The notes under the pieces: model-generated
What the model saw: the letters and a program-made list of their open reading frames with translations, nothing else
Told to the model about the DNA's origin: nothing
The model's database searches: none
Part shown: in pieces, positions 14,551 to 25,848 of the stretch
How positions within the stretch are numbered: the first letter of the stretch is position 1
Layout of the letters: the number at the start of each line of letters is the position of its first letter
NCBI RefSeq assembly: GCF_001194135.2
Contig: NC_068994.1
Location: 41,734,456-41,798,455 of the forward strand
DNA from: Octopus bimaculoides
Lineage: Eukaryota
Length of the DNA stretch: 64,000 nucleotides
Direction of reading: 5' to 3'
Position numbers and translations under genes: made by a program

Positions 14551-14610
14551 GTGACCTCAGTTGACCTCCTTTGACCTAAGATGACCTAAGTTGACCTAAG
14601 TTGACCCAAG
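14551..14610. repeat. 10-bp minisatellite (TTGACCTAAG-like) x6
   Basis: gtgacctcag ttgacctcct ttgacctaag atgacctaag ttgacctaag ttgacccaag. Confidence 0.95.
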
Positions 14611-15154
14611 AGTGTTTTATCTAAGAAAAGAGTCTAAATAGAGAATAGAAAAAGGAAAAAAAAGAAATGAATAAAAAGAATAGAAGGAAATTTGACAGTG
14701 AAGATCTAACTGAAGATATGTGAAGAGAGGAATCTACTGTTAAAATGAAGGAAGAATTACATAACACAAGCCAGCTAGGAAGATGGGAATTCACAGGTCT
14801 AGAGGGTCTTCAGGCATAGGGGAAGGAATTATTGATGAAATGCTCAGCAAAGTAAACATAGTTAGGAAATATACCCAGAGATGATACCTGCTGCATGGAG
14901 TATTAATATTGAAGTGTGTGCTATAGAAATTAGTCATTCATATATTTCCATCTTCTCCTGACCTGTTTGCAACTGTTATGTGGTTGCTCAACCTCGTGCT
15001 TAGAAATAGCAACTAAATATCCTTCAAATTGCACTCTACTGACTTGAATAAAAAAAAGGAAGAACACATTGGATAATGTAGCACTAGATATATTATGCTT
15101 GATCAAATGAAAAAAACATTTGGAATGGTCATGGTTGGAACATTGTTGATATAT

Positions 15155-15320
15155 AGGCACAGGAGTGGCTGTATGGTAAGGAGCTTGCTTACCAACCACA
15201 TGGTTCTGGGTTCAGTCCCACTGTGTGGCACCTTGCGCAAGTGTCTTCTACTATAGCCTCGGGCCGACCAAAGCCTTGTGAGTGGATTTGGTAGACAGAA
15301 ACTGAAAGAAGCCCGTCGTA

Positions 15321-15367
<47 letters not shown>

Positions 15368-15582
15368 TTGTGTGTCTGTGTTTGTCCCCCCACCATCGCT
15401 TGACAACTGATGCTGGTGTGTTTACATCCCCGTAACTTAGCGGTTCTGCAAAAAGAGACCGATAGAATAAGTACTAGGCTTACAAAGAATAAGTCCCAGG
15501 ATCGATTTTCTTGACTAAAGGCGGTGCTCCAGCATGGCTGCAGTCAAATGACTGAAACAAGTAAAAGAGTAAAAGAGAGTAT
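15155..15582 (+). mobile_element. SINE B, full-length reference copy (tRNA head, CORE-like block, internal microsatellite)
   Basis: A-box tggctgtatgg, B-box gggttcagtccc, caccttgcgcaagtgtctt, (TA)n/(TG)n, tail gtaaaagagtaaaagag. Confidence 0.92.
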
Positions 15583-16004
15583 AAATCTTCTTGATCACAG
15601 CTGAATTGAGTGCTTAAAAGCAACAACCTCTACATGACTATACTGGGACTGAACCTGAAACCATGTAGTTGCAAGGCAAGCTTCTAGCTACACATGGATA
15701 TGTTACAGTCTCATTTAACCTTTTCTATAGAATCTTGTGCCTACAATAGTCATGCACCATATAACGATTCTTGTGTATGTCACAAGCATTAACAATAATA
15801 ATAGCTTTGAATTTTCATGTATGTCCTGGATTTCACATGGAGTTTTATCTGTGAAATAATTATATAAAACAAAATTTGTACTTATTTGATAAGAAGTTGT
15901 GTAATTTCTTCAAAAATATTTTGACTATGGTATTTATGATAATTACCTTTATGATAATTAAATGAGTTTTCGTTTTAAAAGCGATATGTCATAGTGATTT
16001 TGTT

Positions 16005-16094
16005 TTTAGCATACATTTGTTTTGCAAGATTCTTGATGTAACCTTCTGTGTTGGAACATATTTTGTTGTATCTCAAGCGGTTCATTATTTCAAT

Positions 16095-16095
<1 letters not shown>
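16005..16095. repeat. Solo copy of the fold-back outer terminus
   Basis: tttgttttgcaagattcttgatgt..tgtgttggaacatattttgttgt resembles 23665-23720. Confidence 0.55.
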
Positions 16096-16167
<72 letters not shown>

Positions 16168-16446
16168 GTGGCTCTAACTAGGAGACAAACAGGCAGACCT
16201 GAAACAAACCTGGAGTAGAAAAGACATTTCATTGATAAGGTCACAAATGGCAATGAAAAGACTTTGGCAAACCTAGCTGATTGCTTGAATAACTGAATGA
16301 TTAATCAAATAATTGATTAGTTAATTACTTTAATGATTAATCAATTGATAAATAAAAGATGAAGAAGTTAAAAAGTGCTAATGCTTGCTTTTATGATGAG
16401 CATAATGACCCTCCCAAGATACAACAAAATATCACATTGTCTTCAT

Positions 16447-16771
16447 GTGAAGGTGCATGGCTTAGTGGTTAGAGTATTTGGCTCACAATCATAAGGTCAT
16501 GAGTTCAATTCTCAGTGACATGTTGTGTCCTTGAGCAAGACACTTTATTTCACGTTGCTCCAGTTCACTCAGCTGGCAAAAATGAGTAGTACCTGTAATT
16601 CAAAGGGCCAGCCTTGTCACACTCTATGTCATGCTGAATCTCCCTGGGAACTACATTAACAGTTCACATGTCTGTGGACTGCTCATCCACTTGCACATTA
16701 ATTTCATGAGCAGGTTCTCCTGTTGATCAAATCAAACTGGAACCCTTGTCGTCGTAGCCGATGGAGTGCCA
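16447..16771 (+). mobile_element. SINE E1, full length
   Basis: gtgaaggtgcatggcttagtggtt (A box), gagttcaattc (B box), tgtgtccttgagcaagacac, tail to ggagtgcca followed by a T run. Confidence 0.9.
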
Positions 16772-17089
16772 GTTTTTTTTTTTTACATTGTCTTCATAAA
16801 TAATTATCATAAATCACTTTAAAATTATCACATAAATGTCAGTTGTATAAAATATTTCCCATCATCCTTTAATTTTGTACTAGGAACTAAAGCAGTCACT
16901 TGATAGAAATATGTTGTATATCATTAAAGTAAACAAGTGTGGTTTTATTCTCAGACATCTTTTGTCTTTTATTCTCTCTTGATCCAATAAAAGGCTAAAA
17001 AAACTGAATATAAGAGAAATCAGACGTAAAGTGTGAAGGAAGACATTGCTCTGGCACAGAGAAATGATCATCATCATTATCATCATCAT

Positions 17090-17230
17090 CATCATCAGTA
17101 TTTAGTGTATGTCTTCAATGCTAGCATGGGTTGGATGGGTTGACCAAAACAGGCCAGCCAGAGAACTGCACCGAGTTCTGCTGTATGATTTGGCATGATT
17201 CCTATGGCTGGATGTCCTTTCTAATGTCAA
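17090..17230 (-). mobile_element. Family A fragment (degenerate)
   Basis: (CAT)n ...atgctagcatgggttgga...ggctggatgtcctttctaatgtcaac. Confidence 0.7.
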
Positions 17231-17249
17231 CATGTATGAAAAAAATGAC

Positions 17250-17345
17250 AGTTAGTTGAAGACATATCGAGTAACTCAAATGAATGTTAACTACAGAAGA
17301 GGAAGACCTAGGAAGACACTGAAAGGAGTAACAAAGGGGACGCCA
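17250..17345 (+). pseudogene. RTE ORF2 C-terminal fragment
   Basis: YRVTQMNVNYRRGRPRKTLKGV carries the RTE motif RGRPRKT(W). Confidence 0.55.
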
Positions 17346-17389
17346 CGGGGGATTACAATAGGTGACAAAGCACTGCACTCAAACAATGT

Positions 17390-17470
17390 TGATGATGGCC
17401 CTCATCATCAACATCATCATCATTATCCTCCTCCTCCTCCTCCTCATCATCATCATCATCGTCATCATCG

Positions 17471-17504
<34 letters not shown>

Positions 17505-17690
17505 TGTCATCACTACAGCTGCCACTACCGAAACCACCAAAACCATTGCTGCTCCCACCACAGCTGCTTCCACTGCTGCCACTTACGCTGCCACCACCAT
17601 TGCAGCTGTTGCCACTGTTGCTATCTCTAGCACTACCACCATCAACACCGTCACTTCCACTATCTTCATCATCATCATCATTTTAAAATC
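17390..17690. repeat. (CAT)n/(CCA)n compound low-complexity tract
   Basis: Direct reading; explains the poly-H, poly-I and poly-T ORFs. Confidence 0.95.
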
Positions 17691-18224
17691 GTTTCCCCAT
17701 GCTGACATGGATTAAATAAAGTTTTCTGAGGCAGTGTTTCACTAGCAGATGCCCTTCTTCTCACCAACTCTTTAAATCACATCATACACCTAGACCTACA
17801 ACCCTCTCATCAGTACATTTAACGTTCCCATTTCTAGCTATGCTGTTTTTCACAAATGAATTATATCAAAATCCTTCACAACAGTCTTCTCTTTCGGCTT
17901 CATCAATTTTAAGCATCCTAAATGATGCAATATTTGTCAAACAAATATTAACACTAAGCGCCAGTGTTATCACTCATACACATTTTCTTAACACCTAAGC
18001 ATATCTTACTCAACACTTTTAAACTTCAACTGCTGCACAAAACCTAAACGCAGCTGCCAAATACTTCCTAGCCTATTATAAAGAGAGACTTAAAGTCACC
18101 TGCGCATCACTAATAAATAACTAATCCTCAACACAAATACATGCGTTTATTAAATAGAAATGCACACACCTGTTAAACAGAAAGGTAATTATATCTGTTA
18201 AATAGAAATCTGCATATCTGTGTT

Positions 18225-18480
18225 GCAGGTGCAGGAATGAATGTGTGGTAAAAAGCTTGTTTCTCAACCGTATGGTTGCAGGTTCAGTCCCACTTCATGG
18301 CTCCTTGGACAACTTCTTTCTACTATAACCTAGGCCCAGCCAAAGCCTAGTGAGTAGATTTGGTAGATGGAAACTGAATGAAGCCTGCTTGTGTCTAAAT
18401 GTGTGTTTTTGTCCACCTGCCACCACTTGACAACCGGTGTTAGTGTATTTACATCACCATAACTTAGCGGTTCAGCAAAA
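18225..18480 (+). mobile_element. SINE B partial (sense)
   Basis: tgcaggtgcaggaatgaatgtgtggt...ggttcagtcccac...acttagcggttcagcaaaa. Confidence 0.8.
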
Positions 18481-18730
18481 AGATGGAGATATGTGTGTGT
18501 GTCTGTGTGTCTGTCTGTGTATATATATATATGTATATATAATGTACACACACACACACATATTTGAATATATATGATAGGTTTCATTTCCATCTACCAA
18601 ATCCACTGACAAGGCGTTGGTCGAACCAAGGCTATAGTAGAGGACACCTGCCCAAGGTGCCATGCAGTAGGACTGTACCCAGAATCATGTAGTTGGGAGG
18701 TTTCAGCCATAGGACTGCAGCCATGATAGA
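18481..18730 (-). mobile_element. SINE B partial (antisense), inverted relative to its neighbour
   Basis: tttccatctaccaaatccactgacaaggc...ggctatagtagaggacacctgcccaaggtgcc. Confidence 0.8.
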
Positions 18731-18799
18731 GTACCACTTTAATTTATTTCCTATCAGTTTTGTCATTACTTTATGGCTGGAAGCTGATCTGTGATTGAG

Positions 18800-20700
18800 T
18801 TGGTACCAGCTGATCTCCTCTGAGAGCATCCTTGAATGGCTGACTGATGCATTGTTAGGAGTTTATCCAATGTTTTTTTCCTTAGTATTACAGTAGAGGT
18901 TCCTTTTATATTTCTGATTACTTTAGGTAAGCAGTTGAACAGTTGAGGACCTCTGAATATCAGTGTCTTTGTTCATGATTTTGAAAATGATATATTTGGA
19001 AGCTGACTGTGTCTAACAGTTTGTGCATTAAAATTCTCTCTCTAATTCTGAAGTTTGGAACAAGATTTTCCATACATATATAATAGTATATCTCTCTCTT
19101 CAGCATTCAAGATAGCAGAGATGCAATGCTTTCAAATATTCTCAATAGTTCAGGCTTTTAACCAAAGTTATTTTACTGATAAGCATTCTTTGTAACCCTT
19201 CAATTTCTTCTATGAGACTGGATGAGTTAGGAGACCAAAGGTGTGAGCAGTAATCTAACCTGCTCAGAACTCAGGTTTTCCATAGAGTTAGCCATGCTAC
19301 TGGTTCTCTTGTCATGAAGGTTTGTAGAATCCATCCTATGAGATGTCTGCATTTAGAGGTCAGTTTAGTTATGTGGCTAATGCAAAATGCATCATTTATC
19401 ATTTAACATGATTACTCCTAAGTCCTGTGTGTCATTAGCACTCTGAATCAATCTGGTGTCAAAGATTGTGATTTGTGTGTATTCCTTTTGTAATGAAGAA
19501 CCTGAAATTTTCATGTATTAAATTTCATATTGTTTTAATCTACCAATTGATAAATGAGGTTTAGCTCATTTTGGAGTATGACAGTATCTTCTGGAGTTCG
19601 GATAGCCATGGATATTTTTGCATCATCAGCGTAACTCATTAGTTTAGATGAGTGCACTTGTGAGAGGGTGACAATAAATAATAATAGTCTGAGAACCACT
19701 CCTTGAGGCATACCAATTATAACAGATGACTTTGCAGAGAGATAACCATTTGCAGAAACAGATTGATTTCTGCCATGTAGGAAGTCAAAGAACTATTCTT
19801 TGAGTTTTCCTGTGAGACCAAGATCCCTTAACTTATGACAGACAATTCCATGATCAATCTTGTTAAATGCCTTAACAAAATCAAAATATATACAGCCAGT
19901 GTCCTTTCCTTTCAAGAGATTATTAAGAATAGTGTTATAGTGCTGTAACAGTTGTGAAAGACAACTTCATCCAATCCCAAAACCATGCTGTATTTCATCT
20001 ACGAGGTTGTTTTCCTCAAGGCATGTAATAATTCTATTTTGGACAATGCATTTGATATAATTTTACTTGTGTGAGATGTGAAAGAAACAGGTCTGTAATT
20101 TTAGCTTCAGCCCTGCTACCCTCCTTTGTGTGATGTTACTTTTGTCTCTTTCAGTTGTTCTGAGAATTTTCCGGTATCTAGCGACTTTTGAGTTTGAATC
20201 TAGGTCATTATAAGTTTGAATATAGGTCATTGTAAGTATATCATCTTTTATCGGATTATTAATTTTTAAATGTGTCTCTGCAGTTGAGTTCTGGTGATCA
20301 ATGAATTCATTTGGCTCATGTATTATTTTGTTAACTATCGTTATAGAAAATGCAATGTCATAATGTCAACTGAAGAATGTATATATTTATGATGATATGA
20401 TCCATTTTGATCCATTAGAGAGTCAATCTGGTTTTGTGTAACTGATTTTTACTTAGCAAAGTGTAAAAATAACTCAGAGATAGATTTTATATTTTACACT
20501 GCTTGTTGCTCCCTTAGTAAAGTTTCTTCTTCATCATATAGTTTTAGATCCAGTTCGATGTCCTTTTTCTTTCTCAATATCATATGTTGAGTGAGTTTGA
20601 CTCTTTAGTTGATTTGTCGGTTTCATTCTATCACACATTAGTATCCATCTATCATGCAGAATCAAGTGCCTGTGGGAATAGGCATACTTTCAACAGATCC
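18800..20700 (-). pseudogene. LINE reverse transcriptase remnant
   Basis: NYRPVSFTSHTSKI, NLVDEIQHGF, CLSQLLQHY, IYFDFVKAFNKIDHG, GMPQGVVL, SYADDAKI (YADD at 19622-19633), VLSRLDYCSHLWSP; many stops and frameshifts. Confidence 0.95.
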
Positions 20701-20733
20701 TGATTAACTCTTCATACAGAAACTTCATCCGTT

Positions 20734-20970
20734 AAAGGCGGCAAGCTGGAAGAAACGCTAACATGCTGGTCGAAATGCCTAGTGGTATTTCGTCTGCCGT
20801 TACATTCTGAGTTCAAATTCTGCCTAGGTCAACTTTGCCTTTCATCCTTTCGGGGTCAATAAATTAAGTACTAGTTATGCACTAGGGTCAATGTAATCAA
20901 CTTAATCCCTTTGTCTGTCCTTGTTTGTCCCCTCTATGTTTAGCCCCTTGTAGGCAATAAAGAAATAAGT
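20734..20970 (+). mobile_element. SINE D inserted in the LINE with a 13-bp TSD
   Basis: TSD aacttcatccgtt at 20721-20733 and 20971-20983; B-box gagttcaaattc. Confidence 0.95.
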
Positions 20971-20999
20971 AACTTCATCCGTTTATTAACATTGGGGTT

Positions 21000-21975
21000 G
21001 CCAATATGCTCAGACCAGTTTGTTTCAAGGATTTCAATGTCAATTTCCTTCCACTTGAACTTCCTGAAATTCAAGTTTATGCAGAGTAAGTTATGTTTGA
21101 TGTTATTTGACAATTGCATAATGTTGTGGTTGGAAATAGCTGTGGGAATGATCTGATCTTCGTGAATGAAGTNNNNNNNNNNNNNNNNNNNNNNNNNNNN
21201 NNNNNNNNNNNNNNNNNNNNNNNNNNNNNNNNNNNNNNNNNNNNNNNNNNNNNNNNNNNNNNNNNNNNNNNNNNNNNNNNNNNNNNNNNNNNNNNNNNNN
21301 NNNNNNNNNNNNNNNNNNNNNNNNNNNNNNNNNNNNNNNNNNNNNNNNNNNNNNNNNNNNNNNNNNNNNNNNNNNNNNNNNNNNNNNNNNNNNNNNNNNN
21401 NNNNNNNNNNNNNNNNNNNNNNNNNNNNNNNNNNNNNNNNNNNNAATGTTGTGGTTGGAAATAGCTGTGGGAATGATCTGATCTTCGTGAATGAAGTCCG
21501 TATTGGTTGTAAAGACTAGGTTGAGAATGTTATTTCCCCTAGTTGAACAGGTAATAATTTGTTGCACGAGGAAGTCTTTAGTGATATCGAGAAAAAACAT
21601 TCATATCTCCCCTGTTCAGTTGTTTCATTTCAGGTTGGATATAACCCTTAGGTCAGCTGAGGCTAGGAAAATTAAAGCTCCCTGCTAAAAGTACATTGAC
21701 TTGTGAGCTGGGCTCATTTGGGGTTTGACTTATGAACCACAAAGCATCTTTGAAGTGATCCTTGTAGTTAGCTGCATCAGCAAGACTAAAGACAATGCCT
21801 ATGCTCAAACTGAGGTCAATCGCATGCATTATTAGCATATTGCACACTGTGTTTGAGTGGGAGAGGAGAACATTTCTTACCCGGTCTTCTTGAATGATGA
21901 TCACTATTTCTCCTTGTTTCCATATTCTATAGTCCGTTCTGAATAGTATGTAACCTGACATATACTTCTGCATCC
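21000..21975 (-). pseudogene. LINE APE endonuclease remnant
   Basis: SGYILFRTD, VLLAGSFNFP (GDFN motif), STRGNNILNLVFT, ISNHNI (SDH motif). Confidence 0.9.
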
Positions 21976-21989
21976 ATTATGTTTGGGGT

Positions 21990-22165
21990 CAGGAACTTTT
22001 CACTTGGTACTCCACGTATTATCTTTTCTCCTCCCAGGTACTTTTTACTTGGTACTCCACATATTATCTTTTCTCCTCTCAGGTACTTTTCACTTGGTAC
22101 TCCTCATATTATCTTTTCTCCTCCCAGGTACTTTTCACTTGGTACTCCTCATTATCTTTTCTCGC
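21990..22165. repeat. 45-bp minisatellite, ~4 units
   Basis: caggtacttttcacttggtactcctcatattatcttttctcctcc starts at 21990, 22035, 22080 and 22125. Confidence 0.97.
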
Positions 22166-22499
22166 TGTACAAGGTCTCTCTCACTGAGCAAAGTCCCTTA
22201 GATACGATACTTTTGTTTGATTCATGAAGTGTGAAAGACCTTGTACAATTGGCATTATTACTGAGTTGAGGTTGTGGGTGAATGACAGCAATGGTATGGT
22301 TGTGTACTGGCGTGATAGCAGTGGTTGATGCTATGTGAGAACTAGAAGATTTTTAAATTTCTTTTGCTAGATTCATCATCGCTAAAACAGAATTTTCTTT
22401 TCTGGAAGGGGTCGTTGTCTAGAGTTGGTATGGTTGCACTGTTGAATATGGTTATAATTATATTGTTTGCAACTGTTAATTTTACTATTGTACTCAGAC

Positions 22500-23160
22500 T
22501 TCTGGATTTCGATGAAAGTCTGGACCAACACTGCCACTGTAAGGGATGTTTCTACTGTGAATTTGGTGGTAGTTCAGTCTCATGCTTTTATTAGTGCATT
22601 GAGTCCCTGGAAGATGAGTGAAGGGACAGTCACAAATCAGACATAATATTTTGTGTTGGGAATAGCTACAGATTAAGATTCTGGGTTACTGTGTAGAAGT
22701 TATTAAGTATGATTTAGCATTTAGTGGTGGTGGCGGCAGAGGTGGTGGTGGTGTAAGATGTATGGTTTGACATTGGCCGGTATTGTATGTACAAATTGTG
22801 TATCTAGTCCCAGATAAATTGGTGAAGTTACAATGACTGCATATTTGTAGTCTTTCCATTGAGAATAGTGGCATATTTTAGGGTTTCACGTGTTCATAAT
22901 TTTATTTTATTGGCTATTGGCAGATTTATCATGGAGCTGTCAGGTATACATTTAGATTGAGGTGGACAGTGGATGAAGAAAGGGGTGATTCTTCACTAAT
23001 TGGAACAGAAGTAGGTGTTATGGTAGTAGCAGTAGAATAGGATAACAATGGTGATTGTGGATCTCTTGTGTTTGAGTGGCCTGACTGTGGAGAAGAGCTA
23101 GAGACTGTGTTGTTTAATGGGTCATCAATTGTTCTAATATTGAAGAATGACTCCAATGCT
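22500..23160 (-). pseudogene. Putative LINE ORF1 remnant with CCCH-like motifs
   Basis: KICHYSQWKDYKYA/HCNFTNLSGT (~22800-22880) and ICSYSQHKILCLICDCPFTHLPGT (~22600-22680); Ser/Thr/Pro-rich N-terminus. Confidence 0.5.
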
Positions 23161-23356
23161 GATCTTGATGTTATTGTTATTGTTTAGTTGTGGCAAGGGT
23201 AGTAGTAGTAGTAGAACATGATGGTAACGATGATGATGGACCAGTTATGGTATTCAAAGGACATGAGGAAGCTGATAGCTAGACTGTGAAGGGCTCTTGA
23301 TTGTGAAGTTTAATAGATCATCAATTGTGCTAGTATTGAGGAGTAGCTGTGGTTGC

Positions 23357-23392
<36 letters not shown>

Positions 23393-23415
23393 GCCTCCAT
23401 ATCTGGTCACATTGA

Positions 23416-23444
<29 letters not shown>

Positions 23445-23446
<2 letters not shown>

Positions 23447-23641
23447 TCATCGTCGTCGTCGTCGTCGTCGTCATTTAACGTCCGCTTTCCATGCTAGCAT
23501 GGGTTGGACGATTTGACTGAGGACTGGTGAAACCAGATGGCTACACCAGGCTCCAATCTGATTTGGCAGAGTTTCTACAGCTGGATGCCCTTCCTAACGC
23601 CAACCACTCAGAGAGTGTAGTGGGTGCTTTTACGTGTCACC
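23445..23641 (-). mobile_element. Family A, young 5'-truncated copy within (TA)n
   Basis: (CGT)n catttaacgtccgctttccatgctagc...cttttacgtgtcacc; CpGs retained. Confidence 0.92.
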
Positions 23642-23811
23642 ATATATATATATATTGCTTTTGGATTTGGTTTGCAAGGTTCTTTATGTGAGTTTGTGTG
23701 TTGAAGCATATTCTGTTGTGTCTGGGGAGAGTCATTTTCTTTTTGTGCCTTATAATTTAACACACACACCGATAACATTTCCACTTATTTCTTATTTTTT
23801 ATTTTTATTTT

Positions 23812-23851
23812 CCTAAAATTTTCATTGCGACTTGCAACCTTTTCAATAGTC
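23812..23851 (-). ncRNA. Minimal hammerhead ribozyme-like motif (U3-A8 variant)
   Basis: gacta TTGAAAA g GTTGC aagtc GCAAT GAAA ATT T tagg. Confidence 0.5.
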
Positions 23852-23871
23852 TTGACTATTTCAAGAGTCAA

Positions 23872-23911
23872 GACTATTGAAAAGATTGCAAAATGCAACG
23901 AAAATCTTAAG
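23872..23911 (+). ncRNA. Minimal hammerhead ribozyme-like motif (U3-A8 variant, more decayed)
   Basis: gacta TTGAAAA g ATTGC aaaat GCAAC GAAA ATC T taag. Confidence 0.4.
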
Positions 23912-24003
23912 AAAATAAAAATAAGGAATAAGTGGAAATTTTACAAGTGAGTGTGTTAAATTATAAGGCACAAAAAGAAAATGACTCTCCCCAGACACAA
24001 CCG

Positions 24004-24080
<77 letters not shown>

Positions 24081-24094
24081 ACACACACACACAT

Positions 24095-24300
24095 ATATAG
24101 TTCAAATTTACAAGAAACAAAAAGCCAAGACAGGTAAGGGAACAACAAGCAGGTGTATTAATTTAATGCTTGAGAAAAATGGGAAGGTTTTTGATGTTTC
24201 TAATTTGTGCTCTTTGACAAAAAGGATTGAGAGGGGGGGGGGAAATGGTGTGAGAACGAAAAATAATGGAGAGAGAAAAAAAATGTGTAGAAATCAATGG
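24095..24300. repeat. Penelope-associated terminal repeat with a very decayed hammerhead-like motif (minus strand, 24188-24225)
   Basis: Shares sequence with 5780-5910; minus strand reads TTGTCAAA GAGC..GAAA CATC AAAA. Confidence 0.45.
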
Positions 24301-24479
24301 TTCATCATGATGAAATGTATGCAAACACACATAATAAAAGAATGATTATGATTAGTATGGTGACCAGGTGTGTTTACACCCATTTTGTCTACTGCAAGAA
24401 TTTTATTCCATGATAAAATGCAGTGAATAGCTTTCTTATGGGTTTGAATATATCTCAAACATATTTCAACTGGTAACTA

Positions 24480-24700
24480 GTTTATGATTAAGATTAGTAA
24501 AATTTAGCATGCTGCATAGAATATTTATAATCTTCGCATGGAAGAAATAAACTGTGTCAATTGTTGGAACTTTCAAAATCAAAGATATCAAAGATAATGA
24601 AGATGTCCATCAAATGGAGCATTACAGTTGTATTCATACCAGTCATAGAAAAAGAATCATTGTGAAAGTCATGCTTTTGTATCAGTATTGTTGTGGACCC
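24480..24700 (+). pseudogene. Possible Penelope GIY-YIG C-terminal fragment
   Basis: SSHGRNK..LELSKS / DIKDNED / SIKWSI across frameshifts, similar to the PLE pattern SFR....TELSK.IW..KD..E.Y.IKW.I. Confidence 0.45.
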
Positions 24701-25627
24701 AGTTCTTCACGATCATATTATTTCTGTCGTTTGTGCTTTAGATCACAGATTTAATATCATAGAATTAATATATAAGAATCAGAATATGGGATTTAGTATC
24801 ACAGATATAGAACAGGGGATTTTAAGATACTTAGTTCATATGATTAGGGTCAGAGGATTTAGTACAAATGATTTAGCATATGGTATTTTAGTACAGATGA
24901 CTTATTTTAAACAATTTAGTATATATACTTTATTTTGGAGATGCTGTATATGCAATTTAGTATCAGGGTTTTAGTATAGTGCAGGATATTTAGAACAGCA
25001 AATACTACATACCAGAAAATAATATAAAATAATATTTTTATAGAAACTCTATTGAGCTTTGAAATGGCATAGTTCCATATATNNNNNNNNNNNNNNNNNN
25101 NNNNNNNNNNNNNNNNNNNNNNNNNNNNNNNNNNNNNNNNNNNNNNNNNNNNNNNNNNNNNNNNNNNNNNNNNNNNNNNNNNNNNNNNNNNNNNNNNNNN
25201 NNNNNNNNNNNNNNNNNNNNNNNNNNNNNNNNNNNNNNNNNNNNNNNNNNNNNNNNNNNNNNNNNNNNNNNNNNNNNNNNNNNNNNNNNNNNNNNNNNNN
25301 NNNNNNNNNNNNNNNNNNNNNNNNNNNNNNNNNNNNNNNNNNNNNNNNNNNNNNNNNNNNNNNNNNNNNNNNNNNNNNNNNNNNNNNNNNNNNNNNNNNN
25401 NNNNNNNNNNNNNNNNNNNNNNNNNNNNNNNNNNNNNNNNNNNNNNNNNNNNNNNNNNNNNNNNNNNNNNNNNNNNNNNNNNNNNNNNNNNNNNNNNNNN
25501 NNNNNNNNNNNNNNNNNNNNNNNNNNNNNNNNNNNNNNNNNNNNNNNNNNNNNNNNNNNNNNNNNNNNNNNNNNNNNNNNNNNNNNNNNNNNNNNNNNNN
25601 NNNNNNNNNNNNNNNNNNNNNNNNNNN

Positions 25628-25693
<66 letters not shown>

Positions 25694-25810
25694 TCATACA
25701 TATGTACATAAATATATATGTAATGTATGTATATATATATCCCAGCATTGACCAGGGCATCAGATATTATGTGCTTCCAACTGGAAAACATAATTGGAAT
25801 GTTTGTGGTA

Positions 25811-25848
<38 letters not shown>

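Larger units (their letters stand above)
18780..23160 (-). mobile_element. Near full-length decayed CR1/L2-group LINE
   Basis: Order on the minus strand: ORF1-like region, APE endonuclease, reverse transcriptase, C-terminus. Interrupted by SINE D and a gap. Confidence 0.85.
23655..24000. repeat. Palindromic Penelope-like terminal repeat (inverted pseudo-LTR)
   Basis: Arms 23716-23857 and 23866-24000 around the spacer atttcaag. Confidence 0.85.

Noticed and set aside
14700-14930. Possible RTE C-terminal remnant
   Set aside because: Only vague similarity after several assumed frameshifts.
17256-17715. His-rich or transmembrane-like ORFs
   Set aside because: They derive from (CAT)n/(CCA)n repeats that are open in several frames.
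17700-18150. Possible minus-strand RTE fragment
   Set aside because: No diagnostic motif could be read with confidence.
21120-21497. 53-bp direct repeat on both sides of the 21173-21444 gap
   Set aside because: 21120-21172 equals 21445-21497 exactly and the APE frame continues across it. This is an unmerged contig overlap, not biology.
21990-22165. CRISPR-like array
   Set aside because: Units are contiguous with no unique spacers, there are no cas genes, and the context is eukaryotic.
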